DNA of 64,000 nucleotides, from contig NC_042999.1 in the NCBI RefSeq assembly GCF_006345805.1, positions 52,328,001-52,392,000 of the forward strand. The letters run 5' to 3'. This DNA is from Octopus sinensis (Eukaryota). Of the stretch, positions 40,684-54,279 are shown piece by piece. Under the pieces are notes generated by a model that was given only the letters and a program-made list of their open reading frames with translations, was not told the origin of the DNA and did no database searches. Numbering within the stretch: position 1 is the first letter of the stretch; each line of letters opens with the position of its first letter. A program made the position numbers and the translations under genes.

Positions 40684-40909
40684 TGCACACACGCATATGT
40701 AAGGGTCAAAAAGTTTAATTCACACTCCTTGGTATTCTGAGTTTTAAGCGAGTTGCAAGTCTTCAGTCATTGTGTCAGACTCAATGCCCGAGAGACTAGC
40801 GAAACCTTTGAAACTCAGAGTACAAGGACTTTGAAACAAACTGTTTTGAACCATACGTGTAACTCACAGTAAATGTATTGAGTACTCTTCTTTTGCTTTT
40901 CTCCTCACT

Positions 40910-41020
<111 letters not shown>

Positions 41021-41210
41021 ATATTATATATATACTTATAATATATTATAATTTTGTAGAGTACAAAATTATTATCTTAAACAGAATATCATTGAAAGTG
41101 ACTTCGAAGGTTCGACCTGTTAAACCATCGTAAATTTCGTAATCACTATCAATAGTGTTCTTGTTTAAGAATTATACATACATACATACATACATACATA
41201 CATACATACA

Positions 41211-41244
<34 letters not shown>

Positions 41245-41382
41245 CATACATACATACATACATGCGTACATACATCATACATACATGCGTATGTATATAT
41301 AATTGTTAACGAGAACAAAAGACATTCAGACAAAGCAAATATCTCAAGTTGTATATAATATTATTATTGGAAAAAGTTCAAA

Positions 41383-41438
41383 GTCTTACACCTATTTCTG
41401 GGATATCCCCGAGTATGGGATATACCGTCCTCAGAGGC
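41383..41438 (-). ncRNA. Degenerate type I hammerhead motif
   Basis: GCCT CTGAGGA CGGTATATCCC-loop-GGGATATCCCA GAAA TAGGTG TA AGAC. The core is intact but stems I and II have mismatches. Confidence 0.5.
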
Positions 41439-41468
41439 AAATAGGAAAAAATAAAGAAAATGAGAATG

Positions 41469-44400
41469 GTATGATTGATTGATTGATTGATTCTAGTTTC
41501 AGCTTATGAGCTGTGGCCATGCTGGGGCACCGCCATTTGGTGTTGCTACTTGGTTTCACTTCATGGAGGCTTTCTAGCAACTGCTATTTGGTGCATGAGA
41601 GAGTTCTATGCAGCTGCCCCATCTGCCCTGCCCTCCTGCCGTGAAGTTGGTTCATCTGGGACACCTGACAGGAAGAGATCCAGCTTCATTTTAAAGACAT
41701 CTGTATCCACCCCATGCAGGTCTCTCAGGTTCTTCGGAGGATATTGAAGAGCTGTGGGCTCGGAAGCCCAGGCTATCACAGAATCTTGTCCTACATCTTG
41801 ATGGCAGGTTTGGAGTCCTAGGCACCACGCAGTGGCGCCCAGTTCTGGCATTTGCGTAACTCTCGATGCCAAAGTTCAGGACACTTCCCTCCAGGATCTT
41901 CCAGATGTATATTATGGCATATCTTTCCCGCCTACGCTCCAGAGAATATAATTTTAATCTCTTGAGTCTTTCCCAGTAGCTTACATTCTGCATAGAGGCT
42001 ATCTTCTTTGTGTAGCTTCGTTGGATCGCCTCAAGTTCTGTGATCAACTTGACACTGGATGGTGACCATAGCTGAGAGCAATAGTCAAAGTGGCTTAGGA
42101 CAAGTGTCTTCCAGAGGACCATCATGGTTTTTTGTTCTCTTGTTCTAAAGGTTCTAAGAATCCATCCAGCCAGCCGTCTACATTTCATTGTCAGTTTAGC
42201 AACATGTACATGAAAGGTCGCGTCATCACTCATGTGAATACCCAGGTCACGCACTGATTGTGCCTCTGGGATTGCAATCCCTCCGGGTCCAGTGTATTCA
42301 TTGGGTATTGCATTCAGTTTTGCATGCTGATAGTATAAAGCTTGAAACTTTCCAGCATTGAACTGCATGCTATTCTTTTCAGCCCACTTGTATATTTCGT
42401 CCAGCTCACATTGCAGGTGTTTAGTGTCCTCAGGGTTCTGTATTGCCTGTGAAACTTTTGTATCATCTGCATAACTTGTGATCGTGGCTCTCTGCGTGGC
42501 TGAGGGCATGTCTGAGAGGGCCATTATGAACAGTAGTGGTCCCAGAACAGTGCCCTGCGGAACACCGCTCACTATTTGTGTGTTAATGGAGGTGGCCCCA
42601 TTGGCTACTACCACCTGACTTCTATCCTTCAGAAAGTCATGAAGCCATTCTCCCAGTTTTCCAACTATGTTGAGATCACGCAGTTTGTGACATATCATTC
42701 CATGATCGACTTTATCAAAGGCCTTTGCAAAGTCGAGATATATCACTTCCACATTTGAGTGGTTGAGCAGCCGTTTCAGCACCCAGTCATAGTGTTGTAG
42801 GAGCTGAGTTAAACAGCTTCTCCCTGGTCGGAAACCATGTTGGGTGTCGGGCAGCAAGTCATTCTCTTCAAGGAAGGTGATCAGCTTCCTTCTGACTATT
42901 CGTTCCATGACCTTGCTGATGTGTGAGGTCAGAGAGATAGGTCTATAGTTCTTGGCTTCCGCTCTGCTACCTCCTTTATGAATGGGGCATATTTTACCTT
43001 CCTTCAGTTTTCCTGGAAGTTTGCCAGCTGCAAGGAAGCTCTGAAAGAGGAACTGCAGTGGTCTTGCTAGGACTCTCTTACATGCTTTTAGGAGGATTGC
43101 CGGGAATCCATCGGGGCCAGTAGCTGAGTCTGTTTTCATTTCATCTATAGCCTGGTTACATCGTCTTCCTTTTATCGATGATGTAATCTATCGTCGCCGC
43201 CTCTGATTTTATATCTGCAGTGGTAAAAAAGTCAGTTGGATTGGTGATTTGGAGATGCCCAAGGGGTGGAGTGAAAACACTCTTGAATTGCTCATTCAGT
43301 ATTTCACTTACCCTCATTGGTTTTCCTGTAAGTGTGCCATCCTTTTCGAGGAGTGGCCCTATTCTACAGTGCACTGTAGCTGTTTCTTTGGCATACCTGT
43401 AGAAAGCTCTGGGGTTAGATTTTATGTTTTCTATAGCCCAGGCTTCTTTGTCTGCTCTTTCTTTTTCATGGGAGAGTTGCAGACATTTTTCGATTTCCAA
43501 CAGTTTTATTTTTAGGCGGGACTTTTCACTGCTTTCAATCTGTTTGTTTAGGCGATTTGAAAATTTCGTACGCCGTCTCATTAAAATTTTCCTCTCTCTG
43601 GGGATTTTGTTCTTGTGTACATTGTCCTTTCTCTCTGGGACACATTTGTAGCATATGGCTTGCATTACAGACATGAATTGTTGAAGTTTCACGTCGATGT
43701 CTGGCGAGGAGAGACATTTAGGCCAGTTTTGTTTGAGGATCTCTTTCTCAATTTGTTTCCAGTTTGCCTTATGGTAGTTCAAGCTGGAAAGATTTTGAGG
43801 GTTCTTGTAGGCTGCATGTCCGTGCTCTCTTTTGGCCCGTACATGGTCAGCTCTATCATGTTGTGATCCGAGAGTAGTGTCGGTGTCACTTTCACATTAT
43901 GGATGAGATCCATGTCATTTGTGAAGCAGAGATCCAGTGTGTTACCTGCCCTGGTTGGTTGGAGTATTACCTGCTCCATGTACAGGGTGTTGATGAGGTT
44001 CAGGAGGGACCTCGCCTGTCCTCGTTCACATCTTGTCATTCCTGGGAGAGAAAGGCCGTCGGGCCATCTGACATTGGGCAGATTGAAGTCTCCCATAAGA
44101 AGCACACCTATGTGTTGCTCTAATGTGGTTAGAATTTCTTCTATTTTTATAAGGCAGTCTTCAAACTTGCCCACATGGCTTGGGGCATCTGGAGGGCGAT
44201 ATGTAGCACACACAACTACATCAAGTTGCCTAATATGTACAATTAGTGTGTCACACACCGAGTTTGAGTATGACAAGAGGACCTGGGGTGTGAGGTCCTC
44301 ACGGATGTACATAGCAACACCTCCATGACTCCTTTCTTTCCTGTCGGTCCGTAGTACAGCATACTGTGGTATGTGTAACTCCGCATCTGCTATGTCCGGT

Positions 44401-45470
44401 TTCAGGTGCGTTTCTGTAAGTGCTATGCATAAGGCTTGATTGCATGCAACAAAGTCTCTCAGGAACGGGATCTTTGTCCTGTTACTGAGTGTTTGCAGTC
44501 CTCTGATGTTCAGTAGGAGTATCGAGGTGAGGTGTACGTTGTTGCCGGCGGTGTCCATCCTGTGTCTGTTTGCTGTGGTGTCTGGTATATAGTGGGTAGT
44601 CCCACCTGCGGGCTTGGTTTGATGAAGCCAGGTCAGCTGCTGTACAATCTTTTGTGCCATGCACAAAAAAGATTGTTGCTCAGCAGCTGCCTTTCGACAT
44701 CATGTTGGCTGTTTGTGGCGCGCACAACATCTGCGTACCTCCGTTTTGGGGCAGGTGGTGCGTGGTCATCCCTTTCTTTGTGTTGATGGGTTGTCCATCT
44801 GCCTCGTGTCTCTGTGGCAGGGTCCCCGATGTGCAAAGCGGCAGCCTGCACCTTCCTTTCCATGCCAGCAGGAACCTCTCAGGTAGAACATACACACCCG
44901 TGTGCGCTGTTTGGTTCCATCCTTTGCGGTTCCACTTCTATTTCTGGTTGTTTCACACTTTGGTCCTGCTTGAGCTTTTCTTTTCCTTTAGCTCTTCCAG
45001 TCCTTCTTTTAGTTCTTCTTCCTCCCTCTACCTCTTCACCGGGTTCTCCGTCTCCATGGCCCTTGCTGCCGGTTGGAGAACTTGCACCTGGGTTCACTTC
45101 CGGGCAGGTTTCTCATTCAAAACCTCCTCCCGGGCGTCCACCAGGTGGGGGTGACTTCTTTCATCGTCTCCATTCTTGCCATCTTTGCTCCGCTCGTTCT
45201 CAAAGATGGCATCAAGTGCGCCAATGTGCGACCGTACAAGCGCATATGAGCGCACGAATTCCTGTCTCTTTCGCTCCATCTGAGCCGCTGTCCTCTTGTA
45301 GCCTCTGCTCTTCAGCGCAGCCGCAATCACTCCCTAGGGCTATCTCCGCCGGCGCACTCCCATGCTCGTACGAATAAATCCAGCTCGTCACGTCTCCATG
45401 CTCTGGACATGCTGGATAATCCGTCTATCCGTTTTCTATCTAATTATGTTCGAGAGAAGACAGGAAGATA
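41469..45470 (-). mobile_element. Near full-length CR1-clade-like LINE (ORF1 region, APE endonuclease, RT), frameshifted, intronic and sense to the host gene
   Basis: APE at 43779-44666 (LLNIRGL, LTETHL, GGVAMY, MGDFN, LDLCF, SDH). RT at 41691-43139 (NYRPISLTS, QHGFR, YLDFAKAFDKVDH, SGVPQGTVLGPLLF, YADD). C-terminal KLDLFLSGVPDEP and a 3' (AATC)n tail at 41469-41492. Confidence 0.95.
44829..45410 (-). pseudogene. LINE ORF1-like region: Myb/SANT-like domain plus CCCH zinc finger (frameshifted)
   Basis: From ATG 45410: MSRAWRRDELDLFVRAW, a frameshift, then IAAALKSRGYKRTAAQMERKRQEFVRSY. At 44894-44829: CMFYLRGSCWHGKEGAGCRFAH (C-x7-C-x8-C-x3-H). Confidence 0.7.
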
Positions 45471-46470
45471 TTAAGGCTAATTAGAAGATAGAGTACTTGA
45501 AAAAGAAATATTAACAATATTAAAGTTTGTGTAAAAACGTTATTTGGGTAAAAACGTTATTTAATCTTAAGGCTAATTAGGAGATAGAGTATCTGAAAAT
45601 ATATTAGCAATATTAATATTATATTAGAGTGTGGGTAATATTAAACGTTATTTAATTTAATCTTAAGGCTAATTAGAATACAGAGTATCTGAAAAATTAT
45701 ATATACAATATTAAGCAATATTAACCGTTATTTAATTTAATCTTAAGGCTAATTAGACGTTATTAATATTAAACGTTATTTAATTTAATCTTAGGCTAAT
45801 TAGAAGATAGAGTATCTGAAAATATATTAGCAATATTAATATTATATTAGAGTGTGGATAAAAACGTTATTTAATCTTAAGGCTAATCAGGAGATAGAGT
45901 ATCTGAAAATATATTAGCAATGTTAATATTATATTAGAGTGTGGGTAATATTAAACGTTATTTAATTTAATCTTAAGGCTAATTAGAAGATAGAGTATCT
46001 GAAGATTTATTAACAATATTAAAACAATATTAAACGTTATTTAATTTAATCTTAAGGCTAATTAACAGTAATTATTAACAATATTAAACAATGTTAAACG
46101 TTATTTAATTTAATCCTAAGGCTAATTAACAATAATTATTAACAATATTAAACGTTATTTAATTTAATCCTAAGGCTAATTAGACGTTTTTAATATTAAA
46201 CGTTATTTAATTTAATCTTAAGGCTAATTAACAATAATTATTAACAATATTAAACAATATTAAACGTTATTTAATTTCATCCTAAGGCTAATTTGACGGT
46301 ATCAATATTAAACGTTATTTAATTTAATCTTAAGGCTAATTAACAATAATTATTAACAATATTAAACAATATTAAACGTTATTTAATTTAATCCTAAGGC
46401 TAATTTGACGGTAATCAATATAAACGTTATTTATTTAATCTTAAGGCTAATTAGAAGATAGAGTATCTGG
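45470..46470. repeat. AT-rich irregular minisatellite at the LINE 5' end
   Basis: About 15 copies of the core AACGTTATTTAAT(TTAAT)CTTAAGGCTAATT; unit length varies from ~48 to ~96 bp. Confidence 0.9.
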
Positions 46471-46989
46471 AAAATTATTATATCGAGAACAGTTATTGAA
46501 AATGTAAACAAACAAAATGACGATCGCAACTTTAACTAAGATGTGGGCCTAAGTGAAAGATAAAATAGAATAATAAATAAAATATGAAATAGATGAATTG
46601 ATACTTAATCCAACAATGTGGTCTGGATTATTTTTTTTTTGGTTTACGGGATTTTTTTCAGGAGAGATGCTTCTTTTTTCTTTCTTGCAGGAGATAACTT
46701 GATTCAGTTATTTTTGCACCATGTGCGTTTCGGTATATATTAATGAGATGACGACATAGAGGAAGGGAGTAAAAGAATAAGGAGATGGAAAGAGAGAAGA
46801 AAAAAGAAGCATAACTGTTCATAATTTAACTTATTGCTAATACCACCGCTAATACTAACACTATTACCAATGATACTATTACTACCGCTGACATTGATAA
46901 CGATACTATAAAAGACAGCAATAATAACAGCAAACCCACCCTAACCACTACCAGCATTACCTCATCTCTCTCTTCAATTAACCATCATA

Positions 46990-47220
46990 GAACTGATAAT
47001 TACAACTGCAGATCCGGCATAGATTACCCACTGCAAGCCCATTGCAGAAGATTCAACATCGTATACCAATGCTCCATTCACAATATAGTAAATAACTCCT
47101 GTAGCTACAACATTGGATCTAGAACTATTTTTAAACAAAGGTATTATGTACATTTAAACTCTTTTAAATATATAGACAATATCGATTCCACATCTCTAGC
47201 CAGCCACATGCACCAAAGTG
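46990..47220 (+). mobile_element. Penelope-like GIY-YIG remnant
   Basis: NCRSGIDYPLQAHC..NIVYQCSI...FKQRYYVH..STSLASH, degraded. Confidence 0.55.
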
Positions 47221-47991
47221 TGGGTTAAAATTGTGAGGGCTTCTTTTAAGCAGAGTCCACAACTGGAGTGTTGGCCTTGATATGAGATACCCGAGTATAT
47301 TATAGCCCAGGTAGGTTTATACTGTTTATACGGGTTTTCTCTCCCACCCTTCCCTATTCTTCTCCTCTCCCCTCCACCGCTCCCTCTCTCTCACTCCTCC
47401 TCGACTCTCTCGTCGCTGACACGTGACGAAAGAGAATCTACCTTTCTACCCACAACCTTCGTAAAGACTAAACGTGCTTATGCTGTCTCCTTCATAAGCT
47501 TGTCTTCCTAAACGTTCAAAATAATATTCTCATCGCCTTGGCTTAACATCCCTCACCGTTTGTTTTTACTGTTTTGTTCTCATTGTTCTGTCTTTTATAG
47601 TTTTTAATTTTTATTGTTTTTACTGTTTTGATCTCACTGTTCTGTTCTTGTTACCACTTTCACTCTCCGCAAAAAATCCCAAATTTTATTTAATTTGCTT
47701 TTCGAGAAGGACTGTTTCAACGAAGTCGCGTCTTGTCCTTGCCTTCGAACGTGGAGTAGTGAAACAGGGACAACTGAAGAAGGGGAATATTCTTTATGTT
47801 GTATGTCTCGTTTCTCTGTTTGTTTCTTTTTTCGTTGTTCGAAAAAAGTTTGTTTCTATGCTTTTGTTTTTATGTTTTCGTTTCTCATTGAGTTCAAAAT
47901 TTTTTGATGTCCTATATCCATATATACATGTATATACACATACATATGTAGGTATGTACATATATGTATATATGCATATATTTATATTATT

Positions 47992-48033
<42 letters not shown>

Positions 48034-48610
48034 GAAGTCATTCAGATGATGAATATTTAAGAATATTTAAGAAACTGATATTAATAGATCAAACGTACAG
48101 AGTGTAAACGACAAAGAAAATCGATGGGGAAAAGATAATGTGTTATAAGTCCAACAGCTGTTTTGGGGGCATGAAATCCATCATAATGTAGGTAGATGTA
48201 GGTCACCGCAATAAGTAGGCCGTAATGAAAGCAAATAAAGATTAGGTAATTCGATGATGAGCCTAATTGCCTCCACATCTTTTCTTCCATGATTCCTCTT
48301 ATAGCCACACTTTACCCCGCAGAATTATCTCTTCGTAAATACACTGGAGTCTAAGTTCGAATCCTTTGCGCACGAGTACGTACTGAATCTCAACTGTTGA
48401 GATCGTTGTGTAAAAATGGTATTGTAGGCTCCGTGCTGCAAGGAGAAGGAGAAAAGCGACTGCAAATATACCACCTGCACTGACTTGCAAGATCTGTGGC
48501 CTTTTTCGCAAATCGTTGGCGGGACTTAAATCTCACATTCGACATAAGCATAATAACTGACAACGAAAGAGTGCGTTGTCGGAGTCTTGTACGTCGAAAC
48601 CGACAAGAGA

Positions 48611-48698
<88 letters not shown>

Positions 48699-49001
48699 TA
48701 TTTCAGTCATGACTAACCCCTTTGGCGCAAGGGTTTAGTTAAATAAATCGACCACAGTGCTTACCCTTTAAAACCTGGTACTATTCTATGGGGTTCTTTG
48801 CCCAAACTGCTCGGTTATAGAATCGTAAACAAATCAATACAGTGGTAGGTGACAAAAACATACACATGCGCGGGCACACACACACACAGATACACACGCG
48901 TGCACACACACACACACACAGACACACATACACACACAGACACACACACACACAGACACACACACACACACAGAGACACACGGACACACACACACACACA
49001 C

Positions 49002-49065
<64 letters not shown>

Positions 49066-49954
49066 CACCACAAATTAATATTTGTTTTTATGATCATTTA
49101 TAATACAAACAATTTTACATTTATCTTGTAGGATATTATGTACATTTGTAGAGTAAAAATTTATTCTAAAACAAAAGTGTTTCTGACATTAACTTCGAAG
49201 TTTAGGTTTGCTAAAACCATTGTCAAATTGCTATGCATTAGAGTTAGCCTTGCCTTCATATAGTCTCTGCTGAGTCTCATCTTTGAATGTGTGGTCTTGC
49301 GTGAGGGATAACTAGTCTTTTATGATTGATTGTTATGGAAAGATGCTTTGGAAAAATTTTAGTTGATTAAATTTGGAGTTATAACATTGTTTAGAACTCA
49401 TTCATGTATACAGAATCTTGTCAACAAGCCTGTAGTATTTCTCTTTTGTTAGGTAGGCACAAGATGTGATAGTATTTGAGCTCAACTTTTTAATAGATTT
49501 TAATAGATTTATTGATTGCATGTTAATTTCTTTACATTGATTTTCACTGCGTTTCTCAGTTCATTATGAAATGTTCATTATCGGATTTCAGTTGTTTCGT
49601 AATTCGTCAACGCTGTTGTTTCTTAACTTAAGGTTATTCTATTGTGTTCTTTAAAGTTGCTTCCGTTTTCCAAGGAGTACAATGCGTAGAATGATATAGA
49701 TCCAACCTCTTTATTTTGAATTAAATTTTAGTTTAGTCTGCCATGAACAACATTAATTGTAATGGTCTTGTTTTAATGTTTCCTGGGTATATTAAACATT
49801 TCTTCCGTCCGTCAAATCATTCAGTTTAAATGCTTATTAGTATGGCAGTAACACAATTTAGAACCAGTTAAAAGTTTTAGTGAAGATGGTAAACCTTGTC
49901 CCCACAGCCAGATGCAGTTAATAGATTGGTTCCAGTAAACAAGTTGAAGCCTAC

Positions 49955-50053
49955 CTTTCTGATGATTTTCTGAAGTTCCCGAATTCCAAAGAGTCGAAAA
50001 ACAAACCAAAGTTTCAGAGAAATGAACGGACGTCCGCAAGGAATTTGCCATTT
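49955..50053 (-). CDS. AADC-family exon (WQIPxGRxFxSLKLWFV)
   Basis: 99 bp, tgttAG/GTaggc. Reads [33 protein letters not shown] versus DDC [33 protein letters not shown]. The ORF track shows a different frame here. Confidence 0.93.
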
Positions 50054-50163
50054 CTAACACAAAATGAAAATATACAGGCAGAACATTGAGCTACGGTTTT
50101 CTTCTTTGTCAAGCAATCTCTCTCTCTCCCTCTCTCTCTCTTTCTCTCTCTCTCTCACACAAG

Positions 50164-50250
<87 letters not shown>

Positions 50251-51599
50251 CAATACACGTACATGTTTGTGCGCATAAATTGCAGAAACGTCTGTTATAA
50301 TCGGAGTGTAATTTTTATAAATTTCAAAACAAATAAATTTATATTCAAAATCTGGTAACATAGATTGCCTAAACAAACTGTGTCTAATTAGTAGACGTGA
50401 AATTAGGTGACACTTGAAAAAAAGTCTGCGTTCATTGGCAGCTGATATTATTATATAGAAATAAGCAATATTTTATGGTTAAAAGAGATCTCTGAACATA
50501 GTTTTGGTTTAATGTGGTTTCTTATTTATAGAAACGTATATATTGCTGGCTAATTTTTATTTGTAGAATATGATTTCTAGAAATATAATTTGAAATACAA
50601 ATATAATATGGAATACAAATAAGGCAAATGTTAGCATAGATTTGGAGTACACAAGTATTTTCCTCTTTCATTGATACTTATATCAGTATATATATGTGTT
50701 TTCCGTTTATACTTACATATATGTGTATATGAACGTATTTCTGTGCACGCACGCGTGTATACGTTTCCTTTAAATTTACATGTTTAGGAAAAGTATATAA
50801 ACATGAATACATATATGTTAAGATTAGAGAACATTCTCTTCACTTGTTAACATAATTATTTTCTTGTACAACTGAAACAGTCTTAAATATGTCATACAAA
50901 TCACTTTAAATACAGATAGAAATAACCTTTATTGGTTCGATTAGAAAAGCAAATATGCTTTGAACAATTTAATAATATACCTAAGATCACTGATTATAAT
51001 CAAACTTTAAAAAATTTACTGTATCTGTATTACTAAATCGATAATGAGTTCTGTTTAAGCTAAAGTATTTTAAAATTTGCAACCACAGGGCCGACAGGAA
51101 AAGGAACAATATAACAAACCATATGTAAAATTTGATTTACACAGATTCGCTGAATATGCGGCGGAAACAAATAATTTAAATAAGATAATATGTTACAGCA
51201 TGTATTAATGGAAATGTATTTATGCATGAGAGATATAATATTGTGTAAACTACAAATAATGCAAACTCAAAATTGGATATATAGTGTAAAATTATTAAGT
51301 TTTAGCTTTTTACTGCGAACATTTCTGCGAAGTGTTAACAGAATAAAAATAGTTAAATAGGAATATGTAGGTAGAAAATGAATAATTAAATCATAATCAT
51401 ATTTTTCTCTAACTATAGGGAAAAGACATCACTATATTCTCTAGCGTTCAAATTTATTACACAAGAAAATGAGTTCCACTGAGATCAGAGCTTTTGGTTT
51501 ATTGATAATATTTTGAGGATTTTATGAAACAAATATCACATTTACAATTGCCGATCGTAGGCCGTATTATCCTAACCACCAGGCCAGGATCCTCCACAG

Positions 51600-52384
51600 T
51601 ACATTCTAATATATATTAGTAGAACATGTATTTGTTTTGACATGCATTGACCGTATACACTGCTGTTCATGCGCAGTAAATTTTAAAGTTCTAGCTCACT
51701 TTCGCCGTTTACAGCAGTGCATGGAATGAAAGGCCAACACAAAGTTGCAGAAAGTGTATGGAGAGGAGTGTATAAGCCACACACAAGTGTACGAGTGATT
51801 CAGACGTTTCCAAGATGGCCGAAAAAATGTCGATATTTATGAACGTTCTGGAAGACTCGCAACCAGCAGAACTGAGTAAAACATCGTAGACGTGCGTGCA
51901 GCTGTGAGAGGAAACCGTCGAATCGCCATCCGTGAGTTATTAGATGTGTAGATTAGTTACGGTTCAGTTCAGTCCATTATCAAGGAAGATTTGGGTATGA
52001 GACGCGTGTCTGCCAAGTTTGTGTCAAAACTGCTTTCAGCTGACCAAAAAGACACTCGGGTTTCAGATCCTTGATTGTGTCGAGAACGGTGAAAACTTCT
52101 TGAAAACTCTGCGTAGGCCTCTGAACAGGTATCACCAAGATTTTGGTAAAATTCGATGCAGCCTCTTTGCTCAACTTACTCTGTTATGGTCAATACGACG
52201 ATCACACGCTACACACGCTCCTTCAAAGCAATATTTTAAATAGTGCTAGTAAGCTAGAACGTTAAAACTTAGTGCGCATGGACAACAACGTTTAAGGTAA
52301 CTCTGTGCCAAGCGGCTTTGTTCTGCGTACTTTAACTTCGTTACTATGGTGACAATCTGGATTACTTATTGATCAGATTACGTA
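51600..52384 (+). mobile_element. Internally deleted mariner element
   Basis: HTH region TQVYE*FRRFQDGR...ERSGR...ISYGSVQSIIKEDLGMRRVSAKFVSKLLSADQK; TIR-like end GGATTACTTATTGATCAGATTACGTA. Confidence 0.72.
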
Positions 52385-52399
52385 TTCCAAACTAAAAAT

Positions 52400-52880
52400 A
52401 GCTGGTGCATTTCTTGAGTCATTAAATAAAGGTGTTTGGTGCTGCCGATATCTGCAGTGGGGACAAAGGTTCGGCTCTTTATGTCTCTGGTCTTTCTTGT
52501 TCTGCTCTGTACTTGTCAGGCTCGGACACTGTCAATGGTCCTTAAGAGCTGCTTGAGTTCCATTGGTATCAGGACGCTTCTTAAGATTATGGGTTACTAC
52601 CGGTCGGATTTCGTATCCAACGAACGACTTTGGTCAGAAACTGGGATGTATCATGTTACTTATATGATTCAGGATTTAGACCTTACCGTGCTCTCTTTAC
52701 TAAGGGTCCGACTAGGTTGACAGCTCGCGTTGGTTGACCACATGCCACATAGTCACGACAGATGATGAGGTGTCTCACGGTAATGAGGACTGTCTGAGAC
52801 CCTGATTGATGGATCGCCCGAGAGGACCCGCTAAGATACCGGCAAACAGCGAATGCAGCAACACACAGCAATGGCACATG
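52400..52880 (+). mobile_element. Degraded RTE-like LINE 3' fragment
   Basis: TKVRLFMSLVFLVLL...LLKIMGYYRSDFVSNERL. Confidence 0.55.
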
Positions 52881-53559
52881 ACCCTTACCTGACTTGACCT
52901 GAATATTCTATTAAGAAGATCGAATATACCCATTTTTATCTATAGTTGAGATAGTATCATCAATGTGATACAACTTTTTATAGTTACTAACATAAAAAGC
53001 GGGTAGAGAGCAGTTGCAATAAATCAAAATTGCCAACTTCATAATCCTTTGGAGTTTTTAGACAGTATTGTAAGATTTTAAAATCAAAGTATAATACTTT
53101 CCGTTACAATAGCTGAACATAAATCTTCTGTTACCATTCTTAAGGTGGTGCTCCAGCATAGCCGCAGTCCAATGACTGAAACGTGTAAAAGAATAAAAAA
53201 AATTCTTTTGTTCTCTCTAATGAAATTCTTTGCTAACCAATAACCTCTTCAAATTCACAGATTTTATATTAAAAAGTTGAAAAATGGTTAGAATATTTCA
53301 TACAATCATGTGGAGCACAAGTTCATAAGTGAATAGAGTACCTTAAAGCGAAAAGGAGATTACATTTCCTGGAATAAAATCTCTACGACTGCGTCATTTA
53401 GAATTTTAATTAATTTTGTCTTCTAGCATATATTAAAAATTCTAAATAAATACTCAGGTTGGAAATCATGTCGCATTTTCTACCGCGTTATGAACATATC
53501 TCCGTTTAGCGTTTTCTATTTGAAGAAAATTACTCAATACCATTGTAGAGATTATACAG

Positions 53560-54270
53560 ATGTAAGTATATGTTTACATACATGATTCTACCGCAAGTCG
53601 TATGACATCAGATGAGAGGATGAGCGTATATATGCAGAAGACTATGCATGGATATGTTAGAAAGCTCCGCGATGATAGTAACATTGATAATCAAAGCAGT
53701 CTATCATGGACCAACGACCGGATTAAGACCTTCCACTTTGAAAACTATGCGTTTGCAATCCAATAACAGAAAATATCAATCAAACACTTGATGAACAAAA
53801 GGGACAGAGATGCAGGAAAAGCAGTAAAATGTGGCAACCCATCACTCGCATCATAAGCAGTTGTCCAACAATGTCATCACGGTGTTATCTATCGATCAGA
53901 CATGATGTTGTAGCTAGGACACTGTATAACGAGATCCGTCAAAAGGAAAATACTGAGGACAAAGAAACAAGAACCCACTGTATGGTGGAAGCCATAGTCA
54001 CTCATAATAAAAAGGAGTATTGGTGGAGTGCCCTAGTGAAAACCTCAATAAAATATAAACACAACACACCTTATATAATGACTTGGAACAGACAAGAGAA
54101 AGTGTGTACAGTTGTGGAAATTAGCTGCCCAGCGGATGTTAGCATGAAGCTGAATATCAGTAAAAAAGAGAATACCTACGGAGACCTATTGAGAAATTTG
54201 CATTAACTTAATTCAGAGTACAAGTTCAGGTTTATACCTGTAATTATTGGGGCACTGGGGTATGTAACAC
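53560..54270 (+). mobile_element. Degraded RLE-type LINE fragment
   Basis: IISSCPTMSSRCYLSIRHDVVARTLYNEI...KEYWW...VVEISCPAD...IIGALG. Confidence 0.75.
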
Positions 54271-54279
54271 TACTCTCTC

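Noticed and set aside
40710-40850. Diverged ~140-bp hairpin as a miRNA precursor
   Set aside because: It has many mismatches and resembles the other TE-derived fold-backs; there is no supporting evidence.
49821-50060. ORF-track protein [13 protein letters not shown]…
   Set aside because: Wrong frame; the real exon is 49955-50053 (KWQIPCGR…).
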